Source: Rhizophagus irregularis
Taxonomy: Eukaryota
Direction: 5' to 3'
DNA length: 64,000 bases
Assembly (NCBI RefSeq): GCF_026210795.1
Contig: NC_089434.1
Coordinates: forward strand, 4,960,001-5,024,000
The notes beneath the pieces were generated by a model. That model saw only the letters and a program-made list of their open reading frames with translations, was not told the DNA's origin and did not search any database. Shown piece after piece: positions 24,396 through 36,575 of this stretch. Position numbers and translations under genes: made by a program. Numbering within the stretch: the stretch's first letter is position 1; each line of letters begins with the position of its first letter.

Positions 24396-24997
24396 GCCCT
24401 TTAAATAAATCAATATAAATGATACTTGCTACTTTAAGTAAATAAAAATTAATTATTCTTTAAAAAACTAAAAAACTAAACTCTTTTTTATTAAATATTA
24501 AACTTATAATTATAATTTAATACTGTTTAAACTTACATCATTAAAACTAATAAAAATGATTCAACAATTTAATAAAATTCAATGGGAAACTCTTTCTAAC
24601 AATCTCAATGTCCATTTTTTTAACAGAAAAATAAAACTATTTTTTTCAGTTTATAACTTATAAAAGTGGTACACTTGACCAAATACACTAATAAAATAGA
24701 CCTGAAACAGGTTAACAAATGTAATATTAATGGAAAGAGCTTTCTTGAAATATTAAGTATTGCCCTTCAGAAGGTAGAACTCACCAGACCAACCGCTATT
24801 CAAGGATATATAGAGCATATTTTACCAACTGAAGAATACAACAATACTGAAACATTTATTAAGGACCATAAACCTGTACTTAAGGAACTTGGTGTCAAGA
24901 ATGAAGTTCAGCTTACCTACTTGTTGTTTACACTCGCCGCTATTGCCAACGAGTATGAAGTCTCTTTGAAGAATTACATAGACAAAACAATCCAGGA

Positions 24998-25174
24998 TAT
25001 ACATGCTGCCCAAATTATTTTGGGATGCCATAATTATAATTTGGGATGTCATAATTCATTCGGTTTATATATAATTTACTATGTAAAGTGCCAAAATAAT
25101 TTGGGATGCCATAATTGAATTTGGGATTTTACTTATAATTACGGCAGTCCAAAATAATTTGGGTGGCATGTATA
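24998..25174 (+). mobile_element. 177-bp MITE with 8-bp TSD (hAT-type), copy 1
   Basis: TIR TATACATGCTGCCCAAATTATTTT / AAAATAATTTGGGTGGCATGTATA. TSD ATCCAGGA (24990-24997) / ATCTAGGA (25175-25182). Confidence 0.9.
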
Positions 25175-25433
25175 ATCTAGGAACAAATGGCGCAATTTGA
25201 ATCAACAGAACTAGCTAATGATACGCCAGTATCAGCACAAGTACAGCTAATGGAAACAGAAATTTTTGAAAACGTTGAACACCAATTAATGAATGTGAAA
25301 CATGACAATCAAAACACTAAATACCAATTAGAAGACATGATTGCAGAATTTTTAATAAAGAACTCTAAAAAGAGTTCAACAAAATTAAACGCCAAAGCCA
25401 TATCTTATACCCTAAAAGGAAAAGGACATACTG

Positions 25434-25724
25434 TAGTATTTGGAATCAAATATATTCAAATATACTTGAGTATTCATTTAAATTTATAAAGTGTATTCGA
25501 ATAATATTCAAATAAGTTAAATTTTCTTTTATAGTAATAATTTACATAATTTTTAGCCTGAATTATGATTTTAACTCAGTTAAATTTAAGGATTTAATGC
25601 CTACTAATTAAATTTTAACTATACTATATCTGGCTAAATGAATACTCAAATAACCATTATGCTTATTCAAATACTTGAATATACTCAAGTTATTCGAATA
25701 ACTGTTACATGATTCCAAACACTA
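25434..25724. mobile_element. 291-bp hAT-type MITE
   Basis: TIR TAGTATTTGGAATCA / TGATTCCAAACACTA. Perfect 8-bp TSD ACATACTG (25426-25433 and 25725-25732). Confidence 0.9.
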
Positions 25725-27704
25725 ACATACTGTTATGTTTGCAGAAATGGCTTCCAGGAATCTAGATATAAGCAGTAACTATGACGTATCCCTGACTCCA
25801 CCTGGTAATAGGCCAAAGAAGAATAACGTGACCAAGTGTACAACGTCTGATAGCAAGACTCAGCCAGTTAAGAAGAAACAACAATATGCTACTCCAAAAA
25901 AAATACAATCAGTAATAACCAGATATAACCCAGTACTTAAAAACAATGTTTGGAAAATTACTTTATACAATATCCTCCCGTCTGGACTCAACTTAAAATT
26001 CTTCAGCATCTTAAGAAATAGAGTCACATAATTGCTTTCAAGACGAAACGTTAAAAGAAATATTTAACAGTCACAATTTCAATTGACTTCAATGAGTGAA
26101 TTATGAGTTTATGAAAGCAAGGAGTCTGGATCACTCCTTTAGGAGGTCTTCCTATCTGATGGTATCCTGCTAACTGAAATTTTTAACAAAGAAAAAAAAG
26201 AGAACGATTTCAGACTGTAGTGATAGATTTATCTGAAACTATCATTACTTCAATGCTATATCCCTTGACCTTTAACTCATGTATCCCATCTGGGATACAA
26301 AGCTTTTAAGGTGGTTCAGAAAAAAAGTACTTGCAAGCTCATCACGTATTATGAAATTGGGCAGATTTGAATAAAATCACTAATACCAAATTGAACTTGC
26401 AAGAATATGAAGGTATTTGAATTAGGTACTTTACTCCTCAACTATCTAAAGATCATAATCAATCACCAAGAAGTGGCCGTAATCAGAAAAAGAATCAAGA
26501 CTCAGTTAACAAGATTAGACCAAATACTACAAATAACAAGAATAAGAAAAGCAAACCTGATGGAAATTCTTACACTCTCAAGAATTTGAAGAAAGGTTTG
26601 AACAGTAGCAAAACTGAAAAACTCACATTGTTAACAGAAATCAGGTTGCTACTAAGAAGGCTTGAAAACTGATGGAAGGACTGCTCGTCTTACAGTGACT
26701 ATAGGTAGAATATGGGTCTATAATATATATAATATAAATTATATTAATATAATTTTATATAATTGATAAATATGTAATTAAATAAATTGATATATTCTTT
26801 TTGAAATTATTGTATATATATATACTTTTAAAAAATGGATTAAAAAATAAAAACAAATAGTTTTATTAAATATTTTTATTTTTATAAATGCTTTAAATAT
26901 AAATATTTAATTTTTTTTTTGTATTTATTTATTTATATTTATTTATTTACAGGAAATGTTTTATTTTTATTAAATAAAATAAAATATAATTTGTGATATT
27001 GATTAAATTTTCATTTAAAAATTAACTTATTAGGATTATTACAAATTATATAATAGTAAAAAAAGTGAAAATATATTTAATTTAAAGTTAAAGGTTTTAT
27101 TTTTATTGCTATATACTATCTATCTGTATAGATTTTAACTTTATATTTTTTTCTTTTACTTATTTAGTATTATTTCAAAAAGTATACTGCAATATAATTA
27201 GTGCTTCGATCTAAATAGAAACTGTTATCCAGATAAATTAAAAAAATTATCTGGTTTTTATCTGGATTATTCGGATCAGATAAAAATCTGGATATCTCCA
27301 AATAGAAACCAAAATTCAGATAGATTTATATATATAAATTTTTTTTTGTAGATCGATCTTAACAAATAAATTTCATGGCACCTGACAAATAAATTTTGTA
27401 TTGTGACACATTACAAATTAAGGCTTTAATTAAATTCGTAGTACTTAATTAAAATTGTAATATTTATTAGTTAAAATCATGGCTTTTATTTGATTAAATT
27501 TGCGGCTTTAAATTTAATTAAAACTGTGGCATTTATATTAGTTATACCTGGTTAAACTCTTTTTACCAAAAATTTTAGTTTCGTTACCAACCAGTTTTGG
27601 TTTCGTTATTGACTAAACTATATAGTAATAATTTTTAAATTTAAATTTTAATTATATAAAATTATAGTTTTATTATAAAAATATATGAAATTATATTATA
27701 TATA

Positions 27705-29098
27705 CAGTCAACTCTCTTTATAGTCACACATTTGGAACAGTCCATATTTGGTGATTATAAAGAGATGTGACTATGGTGGCTGTCACCTATAAACCACACT
27801 AATATTAAGTGACTTCAAATTTTTATAAATTGTAAATTGAATAGTAAAAAGAAAAAACTAAACCGATAAAATGATATAGCAACATGTACTGAACATTTCT
27901 ATCGGATTATTTTATAGAATTTAATAAGAATTTTAATTAATATTATGGGTTAAAGTTGGATAATTTTAATAAGTAGCAATAATAAAAATATAAAATTTCG
28001 GACTAGTTTTCATGTAATTTTTATGGATTTTACAAAAATTCCATGGAAATCCACAAGAATTCCATGTAATATGGCAAAAAAAAAATTTTGCCGTTCACAC
28101 GGCAATTAATATTTTGACAAAGTACTTTAAAATATAAGTTACACAATATAAATAAATAAATTTCAAAATTTCGGACTATTGTTGTTTATAGGTGACAGCC
28201 ACCATATATAAAAAATTTCTTATATTTGTATATCATAATTCTGGCCAAAAATTAACATAATTTTAGCCAGAATTATACTTAAAACTTTATTGTATCGTAA
28301 CTTCGCCAATATTAATCGTAGAGAGATGATCTTACTGCCATTCGATTCGTCTTGATGAGACGGTTCTAATGGTATAAAATACGTCGAAATCCAATCACTA
28401 GATTAATTTCCGAAATTAAAAAAATATTAATGGTTTTTGTGTAATAACTCTGTCAATATTGATCCTAGAAAGACGATCTTACTACCATTCGATTCGTCTT
28501 GATGCGACGAATCTAATGGTATAAGATACATCGAAATCCAATCACTAGATCAATTTCCGAAATTAAAAAATATTAAATGGTTTTTAAGTAATAACTCCGT
28601 CAATATTGATCACAGAGAGATGTGCTAACCACCATTCAATTCGTCTCGATGAGGCGATTCTAACGAGCTATAAATCATCTTTTTACAATCACTAGGTACC
28701 GAGAAATCTAGCAAAATGTTAATGGTGCAGTAAACGTAAATCAAGAAATATTTATAATGCCAATGTCTAACATTTTGTTGAATAACTCGTCAGCCAGTGA
28801 TCGGAAAAGGATAAAACTACCACCATTCGATTCGTCTCAGTGAGACGATTCTAACAAGCTATAATACATCTTTGTACGATTATTAGATGCCAAGTTATTT
28901 AATATATTCTTTATATAACTGTGATTATAAACAGTTCTTTTTAATATAAGATTTTTGAGGATAGGTGTGATGGTGACTATAGATAGATTGTGACTATATA
29001 GGATAGTTTTTAATAATAAAGTGTTTTGAACATTCAACTGGTGTGACTATATAGTAGAATGTGACTATAACGGGAGTGACTATAGAGGGAGTTGACTG
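27705..29098 (+). mobile_element. Non-autonomous Tc1/pogo-type TIR element, copy 1, with an internal palindrome array
   Basis: TA|CAGTCAACTCTCTTTATAGTCAC ... GTGACTATAGAGGGAGTTGACTG|TA. Near-identical copy at 43804-45007. Confidence 0.92.
27774..28204. mobile_element. 431-bp TIR element (TA TSD) nested in 27705-29098
   Basis: TA|TGGTGGCTGTCACCTATAAAC ... GTTTATAGGTGACAGCCACCA|TA. Absent from the sister copy. Confidence 0.88.
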
Positions 29099-29799
29099 TA
29101 TAATAGTTTTATAAATTCCTTTAAAAAATATTATATTGTAATATAAATTTATTATTATTTTTTTTTATAAGTAATTATTAATAATTAAAAATCCATGGAA
29201 ATCTATAAAAAATCCATGAAAATACTATGGAATATTGAATTTTGGCATTTTGTCTTTTAATTTTAAATGTCTAAACTATTTCAGTTTAGTCAAATGATTA
29301 AATATCTAATTTATATAATTAAATTTGTGGCATTGATTAAATTAATGGCTTTAAATTTGGACACTTATTAGTTAAAATCATGTTTTTTATTTGATTAAAT
29401 TTGCAGCTTTAAATTTAATTAAAACCGTGGCACTTATATGATTAAATTCGTGGCATTGATTAAATTAATGGCTTTAAATTTGTAGATAAAATTAAATTTG
29501 TGGCATTTATATGATTAAATTTGTGGCATTTATGTGATTCAATTTGTGGCATTTATATAATTAAATTTGTGGCATTTATGTGATTAGATTCATGCAATTA
29601 TTAAACTTGTGCCAATTAAAATTTGCAGAATTTTATTAATTAAATTTTATAAAATTTTTATTTTTATCATATCTATATATTAAAATTAATCTTATTCTAA
29701 GCCTTAATTGAAATAAATAAATAGTACGTTTATTTCTATCCTCTTGAATTTTTTTATAATTTCATATTTTATTGAATAAATAAAATAATTCGTAAATAA

Positions 29800-32700
29800 T
29801 AGATGATCAAAACTATATTACTTTAAGTGAAAATAAAGACTCCAGTGACGAAATCACTGAAATTACTTTAATACCATTAGCAAAGAAAAGAGAATGTCCT
29901 CCAAAGTCATTTAAAATCCTTGGAAAGCAAAAAATGACAAGTGTTAGTGAAAAATCAGATCAAGAATTATTAACTGCATTTGAATCAACAAGCCAAATAT
30001 CAAATGATTCAAATTCCTTTAAACAAACTACTGTAATAAATAAGCCACAATCAAAAGTAAATTGGGTATGAGATTATTTTGTTAGAAAACAAATGAAAGA
30101 AGAGAAGTACATACATATTGTAAAAATGTATAAAAAACTATAAATATGATGGGTCTACAGGAAATCTTAGTTACCATGCCATTAAACATGAAATTATACC
30201 ATCTACAGAAAGTATTACATCTGACAATAAATCAAAGGCAATCCAATCTACTATGTCTAATATTAATGGACAAAAAGAAAAAGAATTATCTCTATTACGA
30301 TGGATTCTTTTAACAATCCAACCTCTTTTTACTGTAATCCATAAGGCTTATATTGAGCATATGCATATTATTGATCCACTATTTACAGTTTTTGAAGAAA
30401 AAAAAATAAGAATGATGATTGCTTGTAGTTATGGATATAATAGAAATAAATTAAAACTACTTTTAAAAACTGCTTAATCAATATCTTTAACTACTGATTT
30501 ATGGTCTTCTTGTTCAAAACATGAATATTTGGGTTTAACAGCAACTTGAATCAATAAAGATTTGAAATACATATGGGCTGATTTATTTATTACTCTGCAT
30601 TAAAAAGAGTTATTGAATTGATCTTCACAATTTTTGTTACTCAAAATTGTTTTGTAATACCAAAAAATCATCTGATTGATGATCACTTAACTAAATAATA
30701 AGTTGAGCAAAAATTTACATTTGCGAAACTTAAATTATTAAATGTAAAAGAGCTGTAAAAAACCCATTTTACTAATAAAAAACCCATTTTTCATATATAT
30801 GGAATTTTTAACATATATTATTAAAAAGTAAGTATATTTTAATAAAATATAAAGTAAAATAAAAATTTATTTAGTCTTAGTAGCTATAAATGTTTATAAA
30901 AGTATAATAAAAATATCATATAAAAGATGGTATCATAATAGATATTTTCAAACAATAAAAATAATTATTTTATGTCAGAGTTTGTATTACCATCTTTAAA
31001 CGCAAATATATCAAGATTCACTGATCCGTTTTCTATAATTTTAGGCTTGTTGGAAAGCCCTTGTTCTGGACTTTATAGGCGAAAAAAGAGCTCATCGATT
31101 GAATCATTAGATCCGGAGATATTTACGTTTAAAGTTGAGGTACGAACTTTTTAACATGCTTAAATGCAAATATCTTGGAATCCCTGATTCATTTTTTATA
31201 AATTTAGGCTCTTTGGAAAGCCCTTGATCTGGTCTATATGAACAAAAAAAGAGCTTGCCGATTGGATCATTGGATCTGGAGATATTTACGTTTAAAGTTA
31301 AGATACAAATTTTTAGCATATATAGTAAATGCTAAGAATTATATTAATTTAAAAGAAATGTTTACCAATTTATAGTATAATAACATTAAATAAAAATTTT
31401 TTAATACTCATCTCCAATTTACTGTATATTATATAGTATTTTGTATAATAAAAATGTAATAAAATCAATATTTTAATTAAAGGTAAACAAATCAGCCCAT
31501 ATGAATAAATGTTTTGCTTGAAATATCTTATTTTCCAGCACCACATACTGCCCAAGCAATTACTGAAGCTATTAAAAAGGCTATTCAAAAATGGGAAATT
31601 GAAAGTCAGGTTATATAAATAACAACAGATAATGGAACTAATATGGTAGTTGCTATTCGAAATTTAACACCAATTAAAAGACTCTCCTGTGCTGCCCATA
31701 TTGCAATTAATAAAGGTTTAAAGGTTGTAGAAGATTTAGTATTACATGTAAAATTTTTTTTCTATTCAAAAACAAATTGAACAGCTGATTAAAGTTCAAA
31801 AAGATATTGGTTATGAAGAAACATACCATTTAATACAAGATATATCCACTAGGTAAATATTTGATTTAATTATTAAAATTCAATATATATTTAATTTTAA
31901 TTACTAAATTTGGTATAATTTGCATTTTATTATTTAAAGTGGAATTCTTCTTATTTAGCTTGGGATCAGCTTATTTTTCTTCAATATGCAGTACTTTAAT
32001 TAAATATAAATTTATCTTGTTTTCTCAAACCTGAAGAAAAAACTGATGGTAACAGATTGAAAAAATTTATATTAAAGGATAGCAAATGGGAATTATTAGA
32101 TGAATTATGTAATATTTTAGCACCATTCAAAAAAGTTACACAAGATTTTTCTGGAAGTACCTATATAACATTAAGTCAAATATTTTCCATCATTACAAAT
32201 CTTACAAATTCCTTAAAGCCAATTGATAATTTACATGAGGAAAATGAAGATTCTGATAATAATACTATTACAGAAGAAAATATAACTAATCAGCAAACTG
32301 AAATAAATTATAATAATATTTCAGAAGTTTTAAAAAATGTAAAAAAAATATATATATATGGGTTTAAAGCACTATTGGTCAATGCCAGATGAGTTTGATA
32401 TTATAGCAGCACTCTTAGACCCTCAATATAAAGACCTTCAATTTATATTTGATGAAAATATAAAAGTAAAAATTCATTCAAATTTACAAGTACAATATAA
32501 TCAGCTAAAAAGAGAAATGCAGCAACAAATTAGTACTCCACCATCACCCACAATTTCAACAATTTCAACTACTTCTACTAATACAAGTTCAACTCCCAGT
32601 ACAAGATCTTTACATAAGTATAAAGTGAGATGTGAAAAATCAATAAGAAAAGTATTTCAAACAACAGAAACATCTACTTCATCATCAACAATATCTGACG

Positions 32701-33044
32701 AAATTACTACTTATTTTCTTTTGCCAGTTGCTAGAGAAAATAAAAATCCATTATATTAGTGGAAAATTAAACAGAAAATTTTTCCAATTCTTTCCATTAT
32801 TGCACAAAAATACTTAGGAATTCCTGCTACCTCTGTTGCTTTTAAGCAGTTTTTTTCTGATGCAAGAAACCATATTACAGCAAAAAAAAGTTTATTGGAT
32901 CCTGGTTTAGTAGGTAAAATAGTATTTTTAAAACATAAGATGCAAACCATGGATTATATTAATGTATTTTCACTAGACTTAGATGTGGAAAATAATGATT
33001 TTGTGGAGGATGAGGATGTGTTAGAAGAAGTAATAATTGATTAA
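29800..33044 (+). pseudogene. hAT transposase pseudogene (BED finger, DDE, dimerization domain)
   Basis: KVNWV*DYF, YKYDGSTGNL, SISLTTDLWSS, TTDNGTNMV, LSCAAH, IQDISTR|WNSSY, AALLDPQYK and FPILSIIAQKYLGIPATSVA...FS. Multiple stops. Confidence 0.9.
30570..31503. mobile_element. 934-bp non-autonomous TIR element with 4-bp TSD, inserted in the hAT transposase
   Basis: TIR CATATGGGCTGATTT / AAATCAGCCCATATG. TSD AATA on both sides. Removing it rejoins the transposase (NKD..INVLLEISYFPAPHTA). Contains two ~150-165-bp internal repeats (~30993 and ~31158). Confidence 0.88.
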
Positions 33045-33312
33045 CATTAAATTTATTTTTATATTAAATTAAATATTTTATTTTTATTAAGTAAAATATT
33101 TTTTAAATAAAGTAAATAAAGTGAATTTTACTTTATTAAGTGAAATGATGAATCTTTAATAATATTTATATAATTTTGCTCTTATCAAATAATTCTATTT
33201 TAAACAGTATAATGAAATAAATGCTAAACATGATAAAATAATTTTATTAGACGAGTAATCATGCAAATTGTTGATATTTTTTTTATTTAATAAATTAATT
33301 AATAGTACGAAT

Positions 33313-33472
33313 CCCAGTAAATAGTTTTTTATAAATTTATACCAAACGGGCTCATTGGCTTAAAATTAGCTCAAATTTATGCAAAAAATAATTCAAATTT
33401 AAGCCAATCTAAGGCCAATTATATATGGATAAGCCAATTTGGTACAAATTCATACAAAAACTATTTACTGGG
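33313..33472. mobile_element. 160-bp MITE with CCC...GGG ends and 3-bp TSD (CACTA/CMC-like, tentative)
   Basis: AAT|CCCAGTAAATAGTTTTT ... AAAAACTATTTACTGGG|AAT. Confidence 0.8.
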
Positions 33473-35209
33473 AATAGAATATTTTAAAAATTGAAAGAAT
33501 AAAATAAATCGTCAAAAAAAAATATTATTATTTAATTTTTTTTATCCAGATTCTGGGTCAATCCAGATAATTTTTAACCGGATATTTATCCAGATAAAAA
33601 CCGCAATTATCCAGATATCCAAAAAAACAAATTATTCAGATTTATCCAGTTGAATCTGATTACAGATTGAAGCACTAAATATAATACATTCTATAATTAA
33701 TTTGCATAGACAACAGAATGCCTATTTAATGAAAAAATTATCTAATAATATAATATACAGTATATATTATTTATAAGAATAACAAATAGTTTGCAATTTA
33801 ATAATATTAGTTTAAATTTAGACTCATATTACATTTGTATATATATATTTTTTTATTTAATTTTAATAATAAAAAATATATATATATTTATTTATCATTA
33901 TATTATAAATTCAAATAAAATATTATTATATAAAGTGTAAATTATAATAATTAAAGCAATTTATAAGTTTATATTTTAAATTTTGCATTTTTTTAAGAAA
34001 AAAAATTATTTGTCTGTTATTTAATTATTTACTTGAAATTATAATAACTTTTATTTTAATGAATTAAAAGTAGAATGTATTTACGCCACAACATATATAC
34101 AATAGTAGACTAAAAAATGTAGATCATTACGTGATTACAAAACGAGCAAAAGCAGACGAAAAATTTATGATTTCTCACAAACTACCATATGAATTTTGTT
34201 AAATACACATTTAAAAAGAGTATACATATGCACTTCATTTTATTTATTAAAATATTTAATCATTTGCTATTAGTGTTTTTAAGTGTATTTGGACTTTTAA
34301 AAGCGAATATGACTAATAATAAACAAATAAAATGGTATTAATAAAAAATTTTATTTGAATAAGTAATGCACAATGATTTTTTGATACAAAATATTCTTTT
34401 TTATTATACTATTAGCTTGTAAAGTTTTATAAGTTTCAAGTTGATTTGAAGATATGTTCTTTAGGTGATTCGCAACTTACCATAGGAGATTCACAACTTA
34501 ATGACAACTTCATAGTGTAATATTTTGTCATAAACCTTATTTGTACTATACTTTGCTAAAGTTTATTTGAAAGACAGAAACTCTAGCTTTCTAAAGAGTA
34601 CTTTTAAACAGTTTTACATAGAATATTGAGGGAGTTTTCTTTATATCTAAGTAAAAAAAAAATGATTTTTTTTTTTTAGCCATATGATCAGCCATGTCGA
34701 TCTCTCTACCTTTAAGATAATCACTATTATTTTTAAAAACAATAGAATTCTTTTCTTAGTAAATTGGCTCATTTTTTTAAAAATTAAAAATTAAGATAAT
34801 TAAGATTATGAAATTATAAAATTTTTTAGTAAGTAAAAAAAGCAATTTTGCAATATCAACAAAAAATAATTTTAACAATAATAAATAACTTTAAAATAGT
34901 TTTTTTCTATTAAAATAAAAACTTTATTATGCAAAATAAAATTAAAACTTAATTTGTAAAATCGAGCCAATTAAGGTTCATTATATAACTGATGGGTTAC
35001 TTATTGTCATTTAGCATATAAATTATGGGAGGCTATTCTGATCAGCCGATATGATTTTATTAGAAAGTAAAAATTTCAAATTCTATTTAAAGTACTTTAA
35101 GGTTTGTGTATACTTTAAAATAAAATATATACTTACATGAATGTTAAAAACAAAAATTTATATATGCGACACATGCACCACAGGGACCTAATTCTCGTAT
35201 TATAAAAAT

Positions 35210-36575
35210 TTAAAATTCAATATATCCCATGAGTTCTTTATAATCAAACTCCTCCTCATTCGATAACGCATCCAATGTCCAATTAGCTGAACTAGATCTT
35301 GGACATGGGCTATATCCAAAGATTTCTATTGATAAAAAAAAACGCGTAAAATTAACTTATTTTTTTTTGTTGATAATTTAAATTTATTGAAATAACTTGC
35401 CTTCTATATTAAGCGGAAGGGTTTGTCCAAAAATAATCTCAGGATCAATTGTTCTCTGATATATTAAAGTCGACTTTAATTCAGGACTCTGTTCCCAATC
35501 ATTATGTTGTTGTTGATATTTGGCCCTAATTTCATCTTGATCATCTTGATCACTAAGTTTACTAATATAATAAGAAATTAGAATGGATGAAATAAATTAA
35601 TATTTTCAGATAATGAAAAATCATACATACTTTCTATTTACTGCCGGGACTTTGTCGAATATGTCTTGCAATGTTCTTTCATGTTCATCAAATTGTTTAG
35701 AATGATCTACTGGGACTACATCGAATATATCTAATGTTATTTCTTGTTCATCATCATCAGATTGGTTTTCTGGTACTTTGTCGAATATGTCGAATGCTTT
35801 TTCGTGCTCATCAGATTGGTCTGCTGAGACTTTGTCGATTTCGTGTTCATGAGATTGGTCTGCTGGGACCTTGTCGAATATGTCTCGCAATGTTTTTTCA
35901 TGTTCACCAAATTGTTTAGATTGGTCGACATTTAACACAGATTTGGTTTGTCCTAAAATTTTGGTCTTTTTTTTTATATAAAGTAATAAACGATGATTAG
36001 TAAGATATTGATAAATCGGAATATTAATAAGTCGGTCAGTTTGCTATTTACTTTTTTTGTGAGAACCAAGGGTTTGATTTCTGATCCCGGTGCACGCGCA
36101 CGCAATCTTTTTGTCCAAATTGTAGCTGTTTCACTATCGGTAACTTGGTTGGGAAAATTTTCCTGTGTAGTTCTTAATGAGCGCGCACGTTGCTTCTGAG
36201 CCGTATTTGTATTGATTTCTACGTTATTACAAATGGAAACAGTTTCTCTAACGGTACTTAGTTAGGAAATTTCCTTTTACCTTTGAATCAATATTCTTAT
36301 ACCCTGGTGCTCGTGCACGTAATCTTCTAGACCAAATTGAGGCTGTTTCACTATCATTAGCTTGGTTGGGAATATTGTAATTTTTAGTTTGTAGAGTACG
36401 TGCACGTTTCTGCTGAGCCACATTTGTATTGAGTTCGACGTTATTACAAATGGAAACAGTTTCTCTAACGGTAACTTAGTTAGGAATTTCCTTTTACCTT
36501 TTGTTTATACTCGGTATTCTCGGTTGCTCGTGCACGCAATCTTGCTGCCCACGCGTTATGTGCGTTACGTTGCAT
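35210..36575 (-). CDS. INCENP IN-box (Aurora-kinase-binding) domain protein, ~321 aa; exons 36575-36498, 36412-36281, 36195-36052, 35965-35631, 35561-35401, 35325-35210
   Basis: The spliced frame is open from ATG 36575 to TAA 35212-35210 (966 nt). Introns are 85, 85, 86, 69 (GT-AG) and 75 nt (GC-AG). C-terminus DWEQSPELKSTLIYQRTIDPEIIFGQTLPLNIEEIFGYSPCPRSSSANWTLDALSNEEEFDYKELMGY matches the IN-box consensus (W..SP.L...L..Q..IDP..IFG....L..EEIF...R(T/S)SSANW). Confidence 0.82.

Larger units (their letters stand above)
24557..26672 (+). mobile_element. Degraded retroelement ORF1-like coding relic carrying two hAT-type MITE insertions
   Basis: Collinear ORF pieces at 24666, 25187 and 25735 rejoin when the MITEs are removed (KGKGHTV|MFAE). 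Downstream fragments include TPLGGLPI*WYPAN* and AFKVVQKK. The family assignment is from recalled resemblance only. Confidence 0.5.
27199..33677 (+). mobile_element. Full-length but defective hAT transposon (6.5 kb including nested insertions)
   Basis: TIR TAGTGCTTCGATCT / AGATTGAAGCACTA. Perfect 8-bp TSD AATATAAT (27191-27198 and 33678-33685). Subterminal ATCCAGAT motifs at both ends and TTAAATTTGTGGCA repeats. Confidence 0.92.

Noticed and set aside
28350..28410. Hammerhead-ribozyme-like TTGATGA-GACG...CGTC-GAAA
   Set aside because: C3 of CUGANGA is absent, no stem I could be formed, and a stronger competing hairpin uses the same bases.
28337..28858. CRISPR-like array of palindromic repeats
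   Set aside because: The spacers are 110-155 bp and partly homologous to each other. The array lies inside a eukaryotic TIR element and no cas genes are present.
28837..29037. Duplicated 66-aa ORF (also 44746-44946)
   Set aside because: Non-ATG start, inside two copies of a non-coding TIR element; the similarity reflects the element duplication.
35734..36199. Overlapping ORFs 35734-35919 (+), 35737-35931 (-) and 35993-36199 (+)
   Set aside because: Shadow frames of the repetitive exons of the IN-box gene.
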